From assembly GCA_038087875.1 (NCBI GenBank), contig CM075977.1:111290001-111354000 (forward strand): 64,000 nt of DNA, in the 5' to 3' direction. Under the pieces are notes generated by a model. That model had not been told where the DNA came from. It did no database searches and saw only the letters and a program-made list of their open reading frames with translations. A program made the position numbers and the translations under genes. Positions 1 to 13,043 of this stretch are shown here, piece by piece. The stretch is from Malacoraja senta (Eukaryota). How positions within the stretch are numbered: the stretch's first letter is position 1; every line of letters begins with the position of its first letter.

Positions 1-311
1 TACATGATAAAGGGAACAATGTGAATAGCATTTAGTGCAAGAAAAAGTCGTAAAGTCCAATCAAAGATAGTCCGAGGGTCTCTAACGCCATATTGCAATA
101 CCTAACCACAATGCCCGATTAGCAAAGTGTACAGAAATAGTCCACTGAGAGTGCATGCAAGAGGCACTAGGTTTTGGAGCCATATAAAAGTCCAGTCTGC
201 ACCAGGTCTTATGAGTGGTGCCTGATCCAGGTGAGCCCCAGGCTGCTGCAGGGCCTCCAGCCATCATCTTCCTTGGATGTCTAGATCCCAGGGAACGTCC
301 TGCAGCCAACC

Positions 312-451
312 TTGAGGGATTACCTTATTGAGGTGCACAAAATCACGATGGGCATGGATAAAGTGAACCCTCACAGTCTTTTTCCCAGTGTAAAGGATTC
401 AAAAACTCGTGGACATAGGCACAAGGTGAGAGGGGAGAGATTTAAAGGGGG
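312..451 (+). mobile_element. CR1 LINE 3' fragment
   Basis: Translates as degenerate LRG-LIEV-KI--GMDKV...F....TRGH--KV-GERFK, the typical C-terminal end of CR1 ORF2. Confidence 0.7.
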
Positions 452-454
452 TCT

Positions 455-760
455 TTTAGTTTAGTTTAGCGATACAGCGTGGAAACAGGCCTTACGGCCC
501 ACTGAGTCCACATCGAACAAAGATCACTCATACATAAGTTCTATCTGACATACAAGGGACAAGTTACAGAAGCCAATTAAATTACAAACCTGTACGCCTT
601 TGGAATGTAGGAGGACACCGGTGCACCCGGAGAAAACCCCACGCGGTCACAGAGTACAAGGTACAAACCCCATACTGAGAACACCCATAGTTAGGATCGA
701 TCCAGGGTCTCTGCCGTTTTAAGGCAGCAACTCAACCACTACGCCACTGTGCCACCCCTG
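455..760 (-). mobile_element. tRNA-derived SINE
   Basis: The (GTTTA)n tail is at the left. The reverse complement of the right end gives a GGTGGCACAGTGGCGTAGTGG A-box-like head and a GGATCGATCC B-box-like motif. The family recurs throughout the window. Confidence 0.7.
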
Positions 761-1069
761 ATGGGCAATATTTTCACTCACCGGTATAGTCTGTATCCAG
801 ATTGAGCCGCCAGAGGAAACTATAGAAGTTGATACAATGATCACTTTCAAACGATATTTGGACATATATAGGGATATGGAAGGAAGGGATTAGAGGATTA
901 TTGGCCAAATGTGGGCAGATAGGACAAGCCCAGAATGCCAACTTGGTCAGCATGGACAAGGTGCAACAAGGTTTCCATTTATAAAAGAGTTTGATGACAA
1001 TTGTCTAAGAGTTTGCTGAGATACTGTACCTGAAACAAAAGCTATAAATGTGTTTATTTGTAAACACAC

Positions 1070-1990
1070 AGCTAACATTACGCTTGTTCCAAGTATACAC
1101 TGGTCCTATCCCCGAACTCTATTTCTGTTACATTGACAACTGCATCGGTTTTACATCCTGCACCCATGCAGAACTCATAGACTTCCCTAACTTCACCACC
1201 AATTTCCATCCTGCACTGAAATTCACTTGAACAATCTTAGACAGCTCCCTCCACTTTCTTGATCTCACTGTCTCCATCACAGGAGATGGTTATGATGTAT
1301 ATCATAAACGTACAGGCTCCAATTACTATATAGACTACATTTCTTCACACTCTGGTTCCTGCAAATCCTTTATCCACAACTCCCAATTCCTCCGTTTACG
1401 CCGTATTTGCACCCAACATGTGGTGTTTCACACTAGGACATCCGAGATGTCATCGTTCTCTAGGAAACGGGAATTCCTCTCTTCCATCATAGATTATGGC
1501 CTCACACATGTCTCCTTGGTACCCCACAGCTCCGTCCTTGCTCCCCTTCGATCCAGTCGTAACAGGGACCGAATCCTTACCTTTTACTCCATCAGCGGTC
1601 GCATACAACACATAATCCTCTGACATTTTCGCCACTACGAACACCATTAGTCACATCTTCCCTTTCAGCCTTCTGCAGAGACTGTTCCCAACGCAACTCC
1701 CTGGTTAACTCATCCCTTCCCACCCAAACCAGCCCCTCTCCAGGTACCTTTCCCTGCAACCACAAAGTTGCAACACCTGTCCCTGTACCACCACCCCAGA
1801 CTCTGACCAGGGACCCTGACAATCCTTTGAGGTTAGACAGAGGTTCAGTTACACCTCTTCCAACCTCATCTATTGTATCCGTTGTTCAAGGTGTGGACCT
1901 TGGACAAGACCAGATGTAGACTGGGCGATCATTTCGCTGAACAGTTTATCTCCGTCCACTTCGCCCTACCTGATAACCCGGTTGCCAAAG
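1070..1990 (+). mobile_element. Penelope-like retroelement fragment (end of RT plus GIY-YIG endonuclease), degenerate
   Basis: CYIDNCIG...ELIDF-NFTTNFHPALKFT is the RT YIDD region. Around 1850-1960 a degenerate TSSNLIYCIRCSRCG...G-T--RL-D-FAE is the GIY-YIG motif. Confidence 0.75.
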
Positions 1991-2937
1991 CCTTTAAATC
2001 CCCTTCCCATTACCACACTGACAAGCGTCCTCGCTGCGCCCGCTGCTGAAGCCCCGGGCACGTCTCCGGGAAAGGCCGCACCGATTCTCGATGTTAGGCC
2101 ACGGGGAGGCGACATGGAAAAAGTCTCCTCTCCGTGGAGGAGGCGACCGAAACGGGTCCCCCCTTACCCCCCCCCCCACACCACCCCCCACACAAGACAC
2201 ACAGAGAGACATTAAAAACACACATTGAGACACACTAAAAAAACAAAAAAAGTAGAAAAAACTAACACGCTGCTGGCAGGGCTGCCGGATCGCTGCGCCC
2301 CCACCGCCGCTCTATATCACCGTCCCTATTTCTCGGTTTCCTTTCCACTGACTCTCAGTCTGAAGATGGGTCTCGACCCGAAACGTCACCTATTCCTTTT
2401 CTCCAGAGATGCTGCCTGTCCCACTGATTTACTCCAGATTTTTGTTTCCATCTAACCATTAGTCTTCGTTTAATTTTCAGTTTAGAGATAGAGAACGGGA
2501 ACAGGCCCTTCGGCGCAACGAATTCGCATCGACTAGCCATCCCCGCGCACACTCCAGGGATAACACACAATTTTTACTCAGTCAATTAACCTACAAACCT
2601 AAGGTACACAAAAATGCTGGAGAAACTCAGCGGGTGCAGCAGCATCTATGGAGCGAAGGAAATAGGCAACTTTTCGGGCCGTAACCCTTCTTCAGACCTA
2701 CAAACCTATACGCCTTTTGGAGTGTGGGAAGAAACCGAAGATGCCGGAGAAAACCCACGCAGGTCACGGGGACAATAGATAATAGACAATAAGTGCAGGA
2801 GTAGGCCATTTGGCCCTTCGAGACAGATATCTGCGCATTACAATTATCATTGGAGTTGTGACCTTACCCTTGATTGATTTGCTCTTTACATGCGGCTAGT
2901 AAAATAAAGAATACTGCTGATGTAACGAGTCTTTCAG

Positions 2938-3093
2938 ACTCACTTCGGGTAGAGATTTCGACAGTTCCTTGGAGCTTCCACCGAGATCGTTTGTCTAAAT
3001 TCAGGGACGAAGATGATGAAATCGCGCCTGTTGTTCTGGAAAGTCCCTTCGTTGCCACCGCTGTTTATACTGAAGGGGAATTTTTCACCGACG
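2938..3093 (+). CDS. Candidate orphan internal exon (156 nt, phase 1-1), product unknown
   Basis: Acceptor GTCTTTCAG|, donor ACG|GTGAGT, 52 open codons (D)SLRVEISTVPWSFHRDRLSKFRDEDDEIAPVVLESPFVATAVYTEGEFFTD(G). It sits in a non-repetitive island between SINEs. No homolog recognised. Confidence 0.3.
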
Positions 3094-3283
3094 GTGAGTG
3101 GCGGCACTCTCGGTCATACCCCGATTGGACAACTCAATCTATAGTAAGACCAATTTCAGGATCGGATATTCTTTCACTAATCACTTTCTCTTTTCAAAAA
3201 GGTTGAAGGGACTGGGACCTGCGAAAGCGGGGTCTGGACGTTAACGCGCCAGAGTAAAATAAGAGACATCAGGGATGTCTAAC

Positions 3284-3420
3284 GGGCTGCACGGTGGCGC
3301 AGCGGTAGAGTTGATGCCTTTTACAGCGCTTGAAGCGCCGGAGACCCGGGTTCGATCCCGACTGCGGGTGCTTGGGTTTCCTCCCACACGGACAGGTTTG
3401 TAGGTAAATTGGCTTGGTGC
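3284..3420 (+). mobile_element. tRNA-derived SINE, internally deleted
   Basis: A box TGGCGCAGCGG and B box GGTTCGATCCC. Confidence 0.75.
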
Positions 3421-4043
3421 ACGTGTAAATTGCCATAACAGTGGTAAATCACTTTGTAAATGAATGTTTAAGAAAGAAATACAGATGCTGGAAAAATCGA
3501 AGGTAGACAAAAAGTACTGGAGAAGCTCAGCGGGTGAGGCAGCATCCAATGAGACAATGAATTGCCGACGTTTCGGGAGTTTCTCCAGCAGTTTATTGTC
3601 TACCTACTCTGTAAAGCAAGTCGGACCCCGCTGTTTGGCGCGGTCGCCGTGGACCGAAGGGCCCGTTTCTTTTTCTTTTTTTTTAAATTATTTTTATTAG
3701 AAGTACGGTAAATTACAGTAATACACAACACTTATATCTTAATACATTTTTTATACCGCTTCATTTTTTTGAGCTTTAAGAGAAAGATAGAAGTAGGAAA
3801 AGTAAAGAAAGTGCGCAAGAGTCGTGAAGTGCAAGAGAGTGTTGGGAAAAGAAAGCCCCTTAGAAAAGAAGTTAGAGAAGGAAGTAAAGTAAGAAAGTAG
3901 ACCCTAGAAAAGAAAGAAAAAGAAAGTAGGAACAATCGCAGAAAGGGGACTACCAACCAAGTCTGTTTTTGTTGTTTTACCTCCCATTACCAGGTCCTGA
4001 TACCATTTCTTTATTTATTTATTTTTTAAATTGCTATTGCACC

Positions 4044-7000
4044 TCATGCTTGTAATAGGTCCAGAAACGTAGACCACGTCTTTTGGAATTGGTCTGCTTT
4101 ACCTGCTAAGAGGAATCTCATCTCTTCCAGATGTAATGTTTCAAACATATTTGATGTCCACATTTTTATTGTTGGTGTGGGCGCATTTTTCCAGAATTTA
4201 AGTATGAGCTTTTTTCCCATTATTAGCCCGTAATTGAATAAATTCTTCTGATACACGTTTAATTCAGGGATACCTTCCGATATTCCAAAAACGATCCATT
4301 CTGGTTTTGGTACCAGTTTTATTTTAATTAATTTTGAAAAAATATCAAATATTTCATACCAGAATTTTTGGATTTTTGTACAAAAAACAAAAGAATGCGC
4401 TATGGTAGCTTCTTGACATAGACATTTATCACAGATTGGTGAAACATTAGGAAATATTTTATTTAATTTAGTTTTTGAATAATATAGTCTATGTAATGTT
4501 TTGAATTGGATGAGCGTATGTCGTACGTTGATCGAACATTTATGCACTGTAGTAAATGGTTATCCCAGCTCTCTTTTGAAATTTTTATAGCTAATTCTTG
4601 TTCCCAGTCTCTTCTAATTCCATCTGTTGTGGGTATTTCTATGTTTAAAATGATATTATATAAGTACGATATTAGATTAGCTGATTCCGCCTTTGTCTTC
4701 ATTGCTTCATCTAGTAAGTCGGAAGGCATATTATGATAGTCTTTTGTGTATTTTTTCAGATAATCACGAATTTGTAGATATTTAAAACTATTGGTTATTT
4801 TTCAAATTATATTTCAGTTGTAGTTGTTGAAATGATAGTAATTTTCCCAATTCATACAGATCTTCGAGCGTTTTGATTCCCATTCTTTCCCATTGTATAA
4901 ATGATTTGTCTATGGTTGAAGGTTTAAACGATGGGTTATTAACTATTGGTATTGAGAGAGATAGGTTTCTTAATTTTAGATTCTGTTTTATTTGTTTCCA
5001 TGTTCTAATTGTGCTATATATAATTGGATTTTTATTATAATTTTTATTATTCAAATTTATTGGAGAGAGAATAATCGCTCCTATATTACTCGGGGAGCAG
5101 TCCCCTTTTTCCATTACAATCCAGTCCACCTGCTGGGCAGAATTGTCCAGCAGGTGAATCATATTTTTAATATTTACTGCCCAATTATAATACATAAAGT
5201 TAGGGAGCACTAGACCCCCAAAATCTTTTCGTTTATTAAGGTGTGCTCTTTGTATTCTATGGGATTTATAATCCCATATAAAATTTGTAATGTCTGAGTC
5301 CAATTTTTTGAAAAACTTTTTTGGGAGATATATAGGTATTGATTGAAATAGGTATAGGATTTGTGGTAAGAAAATCATTTTTATAGCGTTTATTCTGCCT
5401 ATTATGGACATCGGAAGTGTTTTCCAGAATTTAATCATATTATTTAATTTCTTAAGTAAGGGATTATAATTGGCTTTAAACATATCCTGGTAATTTCTAG
5501 TAATTTCAATTCCCAAATATTTGAATTTTTCTGTAGCTATTTTAAAGGGGAATTTCCTGAGGTGTGTTGAGTCTTTTGGTTTTATCGACATAATTTCACT
5601 TTTGTTCTAATTTATTCTATATCCTGAGAAGGATCCAAAGTCCTCAATTAAATTTAATATATTTGGTATACTAATTTGTGGTTTTGTGATGTACAGTAGT
5701 ACATCATCGGCATATAGGGATATTTTGTTATTTGAATATTTTGTATTATAACCGTAAATATCCATGTGTGTTCTTATTTTTGCAGCAAGGGGTTCAATTA
5801 CTAAAGCAAATAACAGCGGTGATAATGAACATCCTTGTCTATTGCCCCTTGATAGTTCAAATTTCGAGGATAATATATTATTAGTTAGTATTCTAGCCGT
5901 AGGTTTGTTATGTAATAGTTTTATCCATGCAATGAAGTTCTCTTCCAATTGGAATTTTTGCAATACTTTAATCATATAGTCCCATTCTACTTGATCAAAC
6001 GCTTTTTCTGCGTCCAGTGAGATGATAGATAACTCTTGGTCATGAGATTTATGTGAGTGCATTATGTTAAGCAAACGTCTCAAATTATTGAATGAATGTC
6101 TCTTAGGTATAAATCCTGTTTGATCCTCATTTATTAGTCTACTAACATACCTGCTTAGTCTACTGGCTAGTGTTTTCGCTATTATTTTTTGATCCGTATT
6201 TAACAAAGCAATAGCTCTATATGATCCTGGTTCTTCTATATTTTTATCTTTTTAAAGTATTAATATGATCGTTGATTCTGCTAGTGTTTCAGGTAAGTTT
6301 TGCTCTTTAAAAGCATATGTATACATTTTCTGTAATCGTGGAGTAACTATGTCATAAAAAGATTTATAAAATTCATTACTGAATCCGTCTGGTCCTGGTG
6401 TTTTTCCATTCTTTAGTGTTTTTATTGTGTCTTCTATCTCCTTAGAAGTAATTTGTGCTCCCAGTTCCTCTTGTTCCCTCAGTTCTAATTGTGGTAGGTT
6501 ACAGTTATCTAAAAATTCTGAGATTTTATTATTGTCTATTAACGTTTTAGATGTGTATAGATTCTGGTAAAATTGAGCAAATCTTTTATTGATATCCTTG
6601 GGTAATGTTAATAATTCCCCTCTGTCTGATTTAATCTTTAATATTGCATTCTCTTTTTCCCGTTTTTTCAGTTGGCGTGCTAGAAGTTTGTGGGGTTTGT
6701 CCCCGAATTCGAAGTGTTCTTGTTTTGTGATTTGAAATAATGTTATAACTTTCTCTGACAGTAATTTATTTAGCTTGAATTTCAATAGTAGGATTTTATT
6801 ATGTTTATCCATAGTTGGATCTTTAGCATTATCTGTATCTAATTGTTTTATTTGTTCTTCTAAATGTCTTTGTTCATTCTTATTCTTGGAATGAAATAAT
6901 GACTCCTCTAATAAATGCTTTGAAGGATTCCCATAATAGCGTGGGGGAAATATCTGGTGTATCATTTATCTCATAAAATAGATCCATCTTTTTTAGATAT

Positions 7001-7824
7001 ATTCTCCCTTGTGGGTCTTTTAAAATTTGCGAGTTAAACCTCCAGAACGATTTATTCATAGACATTCCTTCTAGTTTTAAAACAAAAGTTAATGGAGAGT
7101 GGTCTGAGATCGCATTAGTGTGGTATTTAGGGTTCATAGTATGCGGAATTAATTTTGTATCCATAAGAAAATAGTCTATCCGTGAGTATGTTTTATGCAC
7201 CGTTGAATAAAACGAATAATCCCTTCCCGTCGGGTTTGCAATCCTCCACACATCTGCTATATTTGTGTTTTCCATATATGTATGTAAAAGTTCACTGGTT
7301 TTAGATTTCATATTACCTTTTTGTTTTTGCATCGATTTATCTAGATAAGGGTCTAAAACACAGTTAAAGTTTCCTCCAATTATAACATTTTGATAATTAA
7401 ATTCTGCAATTATATTCAGAATTTTATTTAAAAATTGAGGGTTATCAAAATTGGGCGCGTATATGTTTACCAGCGTAATTGGCGTATTATTGATCTCTCC
7501 TGCAACTATGAGGTATCTCCCTTCCTTATCTAAAATAGTATTCTTTGATTTAAATGGAATTCCTTTACGAATGATGATTGCAGTACCTCTAGATTTGGAG
7601 GTGAATGAAGAGTGAAATGTTTGTCCTATCCAGTTCGCCCTCAGTCTCGTCTGATCTTGACGTTTAAGATGCGTTTCCTGTAGAAACGAAATGTGCGTGT
7701 TGTATGATTTCAACTGAGCTAGGATCTTGCCCCTTTTAATAGGTTCATTAATACCCCTTATATTCCAACTACATAATGTGATTCCTCCCATTTTCTTTTG
7801 ATTGTCGTCATACATTTTTAGCAA
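4044..7824 (-). pseudogene. L1 ORF2 (APE endonuclease, reverse transcriptase, Cys-rich C-terminus), broken by several frameshifts and stops
   Basis: SWNIRGIN and FLQETHL, YSRIDYF, SDHSP (EN); KTPGPDGF, SLDAEKAFD, RQGCSLSP, LYADD (RT); CDKC...HSFVFC (zinc knuckle). Spread over six ORF fragments. Confidence 0.92.
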
Positions 7825-8167
7825 TTTTGATGATCTTATTTATTATGGTGCATTCATACCTCAGGACTCTGGTTATTTTGGGGGCATTTCTATTATAGAC
7901 TTCCTTGGTAGTTCTCCTCTGCGATTGTCCTTGAAAAAAAAACACATAGATGTGATGTATTGTGATAAAAAAAAAAAGTATATCAAATAAGTTTACGGTG
8001 TCTGAGTTTCCAACACCGCAGTGAGTGTCCCACTCGTCTGTGGGGTACGACATCGATATCGCTTCCGGCGTAGATGTTATGACGTTAGCCCCGCTGCCTT
8101 TATTACCCAAAACCTAGGGGGTCGGTACCGTTTCCAAATCAGTTCTATTTCACCCAGTTGCAGTATA

Positions 8168-8814
8168 TATATATGTTTCATTCCGACTTCAAATGTATTC
8201 AGTTACATATATTCCTCACTCTTTATCTCTTAACTATTTTGAATTGGTTTTAGTATTGTTAAAAGTGAGCTGTTCGCTGAAAGGGTTAACCGGAGTCAGG
8301 CTCCTGGAATTATGCCAGGTGCCTAGTCTCCTCCCCTCCCCACTCGAGCTGCGGAACATATGTGATTACTGTTGTCTGCGTTATAAAGCAGGCAACACAT
8401 TTTTTATCAGTTTCAATTGCTATTTCTATATTAGTATTGTTAATTATTAATTATTATTGATTCTCAATATTTTGTAAAACTATATAAGCCATATATATGT
8501 TTCCTTTCGACTTCAAATGTATTCAGTTACATATATTCCTCACTCTTTATCTCTTAACTATTTTGAATTGGTTTTAGTATTGTTAAAAGTGAGCTGTTCG
8601 CTGAAAGGGTTAACCGGAGTCAGGCTCCTGGAATTATGCCAGGTGCCTAGTCTCCTCCCCTCCCCACTCGAGCTGCGGAACATATGTAATTACTGTTGTC
8701 TGCGTTATAAAGCAGGCAACACATTTTTATCAGTTTCAATTGCTATTTCTATATTAGTATTGTTAATTATTAATTATTATTGATTCTCAATATTTTGTAA
8801 AACTATATAAGCCA
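8168..8814. repeat. Near-perfect direct tandem duplication (2 x about 324 bp) in the L1 inter-ORF region
   Basis: Units 8168-8491 and 8492-8814. The ORF track gives the same peptide at 8193 and 8517. Confidence 0.95.
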
Positions 8815-9064
8815 TGTGATGTTTTTCGCTCTCAGCACATCAGATCGTCACTCCCATGTTATCAGTCTTTCCTCGTTTGAGCACAGAGTGTCCTTGAGTT
8901 AGATGCCGCAATGTTCAAGGGGAGATAATAATATCTAGACACGTCTCATGGAAAATCTGTTGCGTGTAATAATTTTAAAAGATTGATGTTCAGTTATTTC
9001 ACTTTTCTTGTGATATTCTTGTTGGGGGAATAAGCAAATTAATTTGTTCATGACGTCTTGGTGA

Positions 9065-10075
9065 TCAATCTTCACTTGTTGCTGCCTTGGCCACGATTTC
9101 TTGAGCGTATTTAAGAGATTCTACCGAGTTAATGAATGTTTTTGACTTTCCCATGAAAGTAATACGCATCCTGGCCGGATAATACACTCCACATATGACA
9201 CCCTTGACACCGTAAAGAGCTTCTCTGGTCTGTGAGAACTTTCTTCTCTTTTGCACAATCTCGTAAGGGTAGTCCCGTAGGAGTTTAATAGAATCATTTC
9301 TGTACATCATATCCTCTCCGTATTTGATTTTTTTCATCAGCGCTTCCATTGTTGGGATATCCCGAAGTTTAACTATGATCTGTTGTGGGTAGGCATGTTC
9401 TCCTTGTGATCTTGGTTTAAATCTGGGTAGTCGATGTGCTACTTCAATTACAGGTGCCTCAGGTAGTTTGAGTACGTGTTTAATTAGATTGGCGGTGAAC
9501 TCACAAGCATTGTCCCCCTCAGCTCCCTCTTTTACTCCACGTATACGTATATTTTGACGTCTTGAGCGAGCTTCCAGGTCAACATATTTATCAGAAACTT
9601 TTGTAAGTTGGCTCTTGAGGCTGTCTATTTCTAACTTCATCGTCCGCATCTCTCCGGTCATCTCTTCCACAACAGCTTCCATATCTTTCACTGCAGTTAC
9701 ATTTGCAGAAACAGTTTCAAGCACAGCCTCAAACATCTTTGTGGTCTCTTCTGCCATCTTATTAATTTTCCCCGTTAATTCTTCTTGCACATCATCAACT
9801 CTTTTTTGCAGAGCACCAATGCCCGCAAGTATTTTTTCATTACCGGCCATCAAATTTATGTTTCCAACTTTCAAGTCATTTTTCAAATCTCTTACCGAGT
9901 TCTTTAACTCCTCCATTTCGGTTTTCTCTTTTGTGGTCATCTCAGTCTTAGATCGTGTATCCATTCCAGAAACCACTCCAGAGGTCCGTTTTGCAGTTTC
10001 TTGATGTTCCAGAGTCTTCAGCGATTGTTTTGTGACTTTCCTCTGTGGGCTCTGACCTGGAGACGTACTTTTCAT
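9065..10075 (-). CDS. L1 ORF1 protein (coiled coil plus RRM/CTD), open, 336 aa
   Basis: Heptad-rich N-half, then DLEARSRRQNIRIRGVKEG, AHR, and DYP...R-KF...YPARMRI, which are L1 ORF1p motifs. Confidence 0.9.
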   Translation of the reverse strand: MKSTSPGQSPQRKVTKQSLKTLEHQETAKRTSGVVSGMDTRSKTEMTTKEKTEMEELKNSVRDLKNDLKVGNINLMAGNEKILAGIGALQKRVDDVQEELTGKINKMAEETTKMFEAVLETVSANVTAVKDMEAVVEEMTGEMRTMKLEIDSLKSQLTKVSDKYVDLEARSRRQNIRIRGVKEGAEGDNACEFTANLIKHVLKLPEAPVIEVAHRLPRFKPRSQGEHAYPQQIIVKLRDIPTMEALMKKIKYGEDMMYRNDSIKLLRDYPYEIVQKRRKFSQTREALYGVKGVICGVYYPARMRITFMGKSKTFINSVESLKYAQEIVAKAATSED

Positions 10076-13027
10076 TTAAAATGACTTTCCCTCCGTTAAA
10101 TTCACGGCGCTTACTGATGACGTCATCAGCACCGCGACATGAGACTCCGGTAAGTTTTTAAAACCGGTCCCGACCTCCAGACCCGATTTTAACGCGAAAA
10201 ATCGCGATTTTTTTCAGCGGAGCTAAAAAATTTGCGACTGCTAGCAAAGCATGGCGCCACCGGAAGTCGAAGGGCCCGTTTCTGAGGTGATTCTAGTTTT
10301 CACTCTCTGGTCACGGAAACACAGGTCGATCCTGCAGAGCGCAAGTATCATAGCCTGGAACCCATCAACTATGTGTAAGTAAAGACCTTTAAAAGAAAGA
10401 CCCAGATATGAGGGCCTGTTCCAGATCTTGCTCATCACGAAAACTGCAATAGAAATTGGGGAAAGACCACCATGGCTCTACACTGCAAGAAGGTGCCAGC
10501 CCAACATAACCAGGACTCGATTTGAAAAGTTTTAGTTTTGGAAATAAAGCGCAGAAACAGGCCCTGCCACCATCCGACCAGCGATCCCCATACATTAACA
10601 CTGTCCTGCACGCTCGGGGCAATTTATAATCTTTAGCGAATTCTATTAACCTAGAAACCTGTACGTCTTTGGGATGTGGAAGGAAAGGGAACCCGGATCT
10701 CTGGCGCTGGAAGGCACCAACTCTACCGCCGTGTACCACTGTCCCACCGTGCCGCCCATGCAAAGCAAAGGGATTTTGGGGACTTTGTATATTATGGACT
10801 TTGTTAATACCGATTAAGTTTCAATCACCTGTCAACATATTACCCTTCCCGAGTTAGACCTATGCAAAAATCACCAATTTATTCAGCTGATGGGTGTGCG
10901 CAGCAGGTCAGAGGCAGGGAAAGATGCAAGGTACATATTTTAGTTTTGTCACATGTACAGAGGTACAGAGAAAAGTTTGTTGTTGCGTTCCAACCAGTCA
11001 GCGTAAACACAATGCATGATTACAATGGAGCCGTCCTCAATCTACAATGCATGATAAAGAAGTAACATGAATAACGTTTGGTTCAAGATACAGACCAGTA
11101 CAATCCGATCAAAGATCGTCCGAGGGTCTCGAATGAGGTAGATAATAGCTCAGGACCGCACTCTAGATGTTTGTTGGATGGTTAAGTTGCCCGCTAATAG
11201 CTGGGAAGAATCTGCCCTGAAACTGGAGGTGTGCTAGAACTAATGACCGTCGAGATGATTGCCATCCGAACCACACTGTAAGATCGGATCGTCCTAGACT
11301 TTATATTGGCTGAAGAGTGAAATGAAAGAGAATATTTGATGCAAATGTTAATTGGCTGCTGAAAATAACGATGACTGTTGTCCCAAGTTGGACAATAAGG
11401 AGGGAGTGTAGAAGAGTATTGTGATAATTGCTTCAATGCGAAATGTTGGCATTGGTTTTTATTGTAATGTGTACCGAGATACTTGACAGAAAAGCTATAC
11501 AAATGTTTACTTCAGCAGTAAACGCATATTTGTCATGCGCATTAGTCATGTGGGCAGTTAATAGCAAGTTCTCTCGCTAGTTATTGCCAAAATATATCTG
11601 CTGACATCAGCTGGTGCACATTGCAGAACTAACCACTTGGTTCAACAGTTTTCTATAATCTTCATGTACCATGTCAAGAAACTTGCTTCTCTGTATTGTG
11701 CGTCAGTCATGACACCGGATCAATAATGAATGCACTGACACACACACAGTACGCTGAAATCGCCCGATGGGCTTTATTTCAAGAGAACAACAAGGGGCTC
11801 TAGAAACGTCCCCCACAGATGCATAGCTTCCTCACTTCCTCTCTAATCAAAACTTCATAAATTCTAGTAGCAGGATTAGGCAATTCGGTCATTTAAGTAT
11901 ACTCCGCCATTTAATCATGGCTGAGCTACCTTTTCCTCTCAACCACACTGTCCTGCCTTCTCCCCATAACGCCATTGTCGTCCCACCGTCCGACCGTTAC
12001 TAATCAAGAACCTCCTCCTCCCCTCTGGACTCCAGGTTTTATAAGGGGTAAGTCTGTACGATCGTCCCACTACAATGAAAGCAAACTAAATAATAGCTGC
12101 ATTTAATAACCATTTTAGATGTTGTTCCATGTTGCTCCCTCATTGAAATATATTGAGAGATTTGTACATATACGAAATTAAGCATACTGAATTCAAAATT
12201 AAAATTATGTTCTCAATGGATTACATAAGTGAATTTACTTAGCATTTTCGATTTATCGCACTTCCATTAAAATTTACTTCGAAGGTTGTAAATATTTTAA
12301 ATTACGCAAACAGCATTAATAATGCTTGTGTTTCCTGTGTGCTAAATGCATCATTTGAGATTTATAAGCAGAACACTACGAAGAAAAGGACTAGAAATAA
12401 GTTAGTCAGGATCCAGGGGTTGCCACAGCAGGGAGGTTTGGGCATGCTTCTGGAGTCAACGTGTCAGAGAATTGTACAGTGAGGAAATTGGCCCTTCGGA
12501 CAATAATCTCGATATGAACATCTTTGTCTATGTACATTAATCCAGTTGGTCCCAATTAGATCCATATCCTTCCAACTTGTAATAAGAGGGAATTGCTGAT
12601 GCCGGTGTATACCAAAGATAGACACGATGTGCTTGCGTAACTCAGCGGATCAGGCAGCAACTCTGTAGGACATGGATACGTGACACTTGGTGCCCGGACC
12701 CATTCTAACGAGCTGAGAATTTGCAGCACTTTGTCTATCCTTCCAACTATTTCCTGATTAAGAGCATGTTCATGCGTCCAAACGTCTATCGTACATGTTG
12801 GTGTATCTCATTTTCACCACTTTGTTTACTAGCATATTCCAGATATCAAACCCTCTCGGAGTACAAAACATTTCCTTTGAACTAGAAGTACTGCATTTTT
12901 ATTATATTACACAAAGATTAAAAGCGAGTCGGATAATTATTATGATTGACAACCAAAGGTCGACAAAATCAGCAGACCGGGTTATATTGCAGTCGGAACA
13001 CTGGTCTGCTCAGCTTCCTCGGATGGA

Positions 13028-13043
13028 TCAGTCTCCACGCTTG
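13028..13043 (-). pseudogene. Copy A: candidate terminal coding exon (tail S-K-R-G-D-stop)
   Basis: Acceptor GTGTCCGCAG| is conserved in A, B and D, and phase 2 matches the TM exon donor. AATAAA follows at 12898-12903 on the minus strand. Confidence 0.4.

Larger units (their letters stand above)
3671..10267 (-). mobile_element. Full-length L1 (LINE-1 clade), about 6.6 kb, ORF2 disrupted
   Basis: Identical 16-bp TSD CGAAGGGCCCGTTTCT at 3655-3670 and 10268-10283. A-rich tail with AATAAA at the low-coordinate end. 5' end ACTTCCGGTGGCGCCATG. ORF1 and EN-RT ORF2 are in the same orientation. Confidence 0.93.

Noticed and set aside
3284-3365. tRNA-like A/B boxes
   Set aside because: These are SINE heads followed by SINE body sequence, with no complete cloverleaf.
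11194-11320. Strong minus-strand acceptor at about 11315 with a SYSVV tyrosine motif downstream of copy A
   Set aside because: It lies outside the duplicated unit, the motif frame is phase-incompatible with the TM donor, and the -2 residue does not fit an ITIM. It cannot be fully excluded without RNA data.
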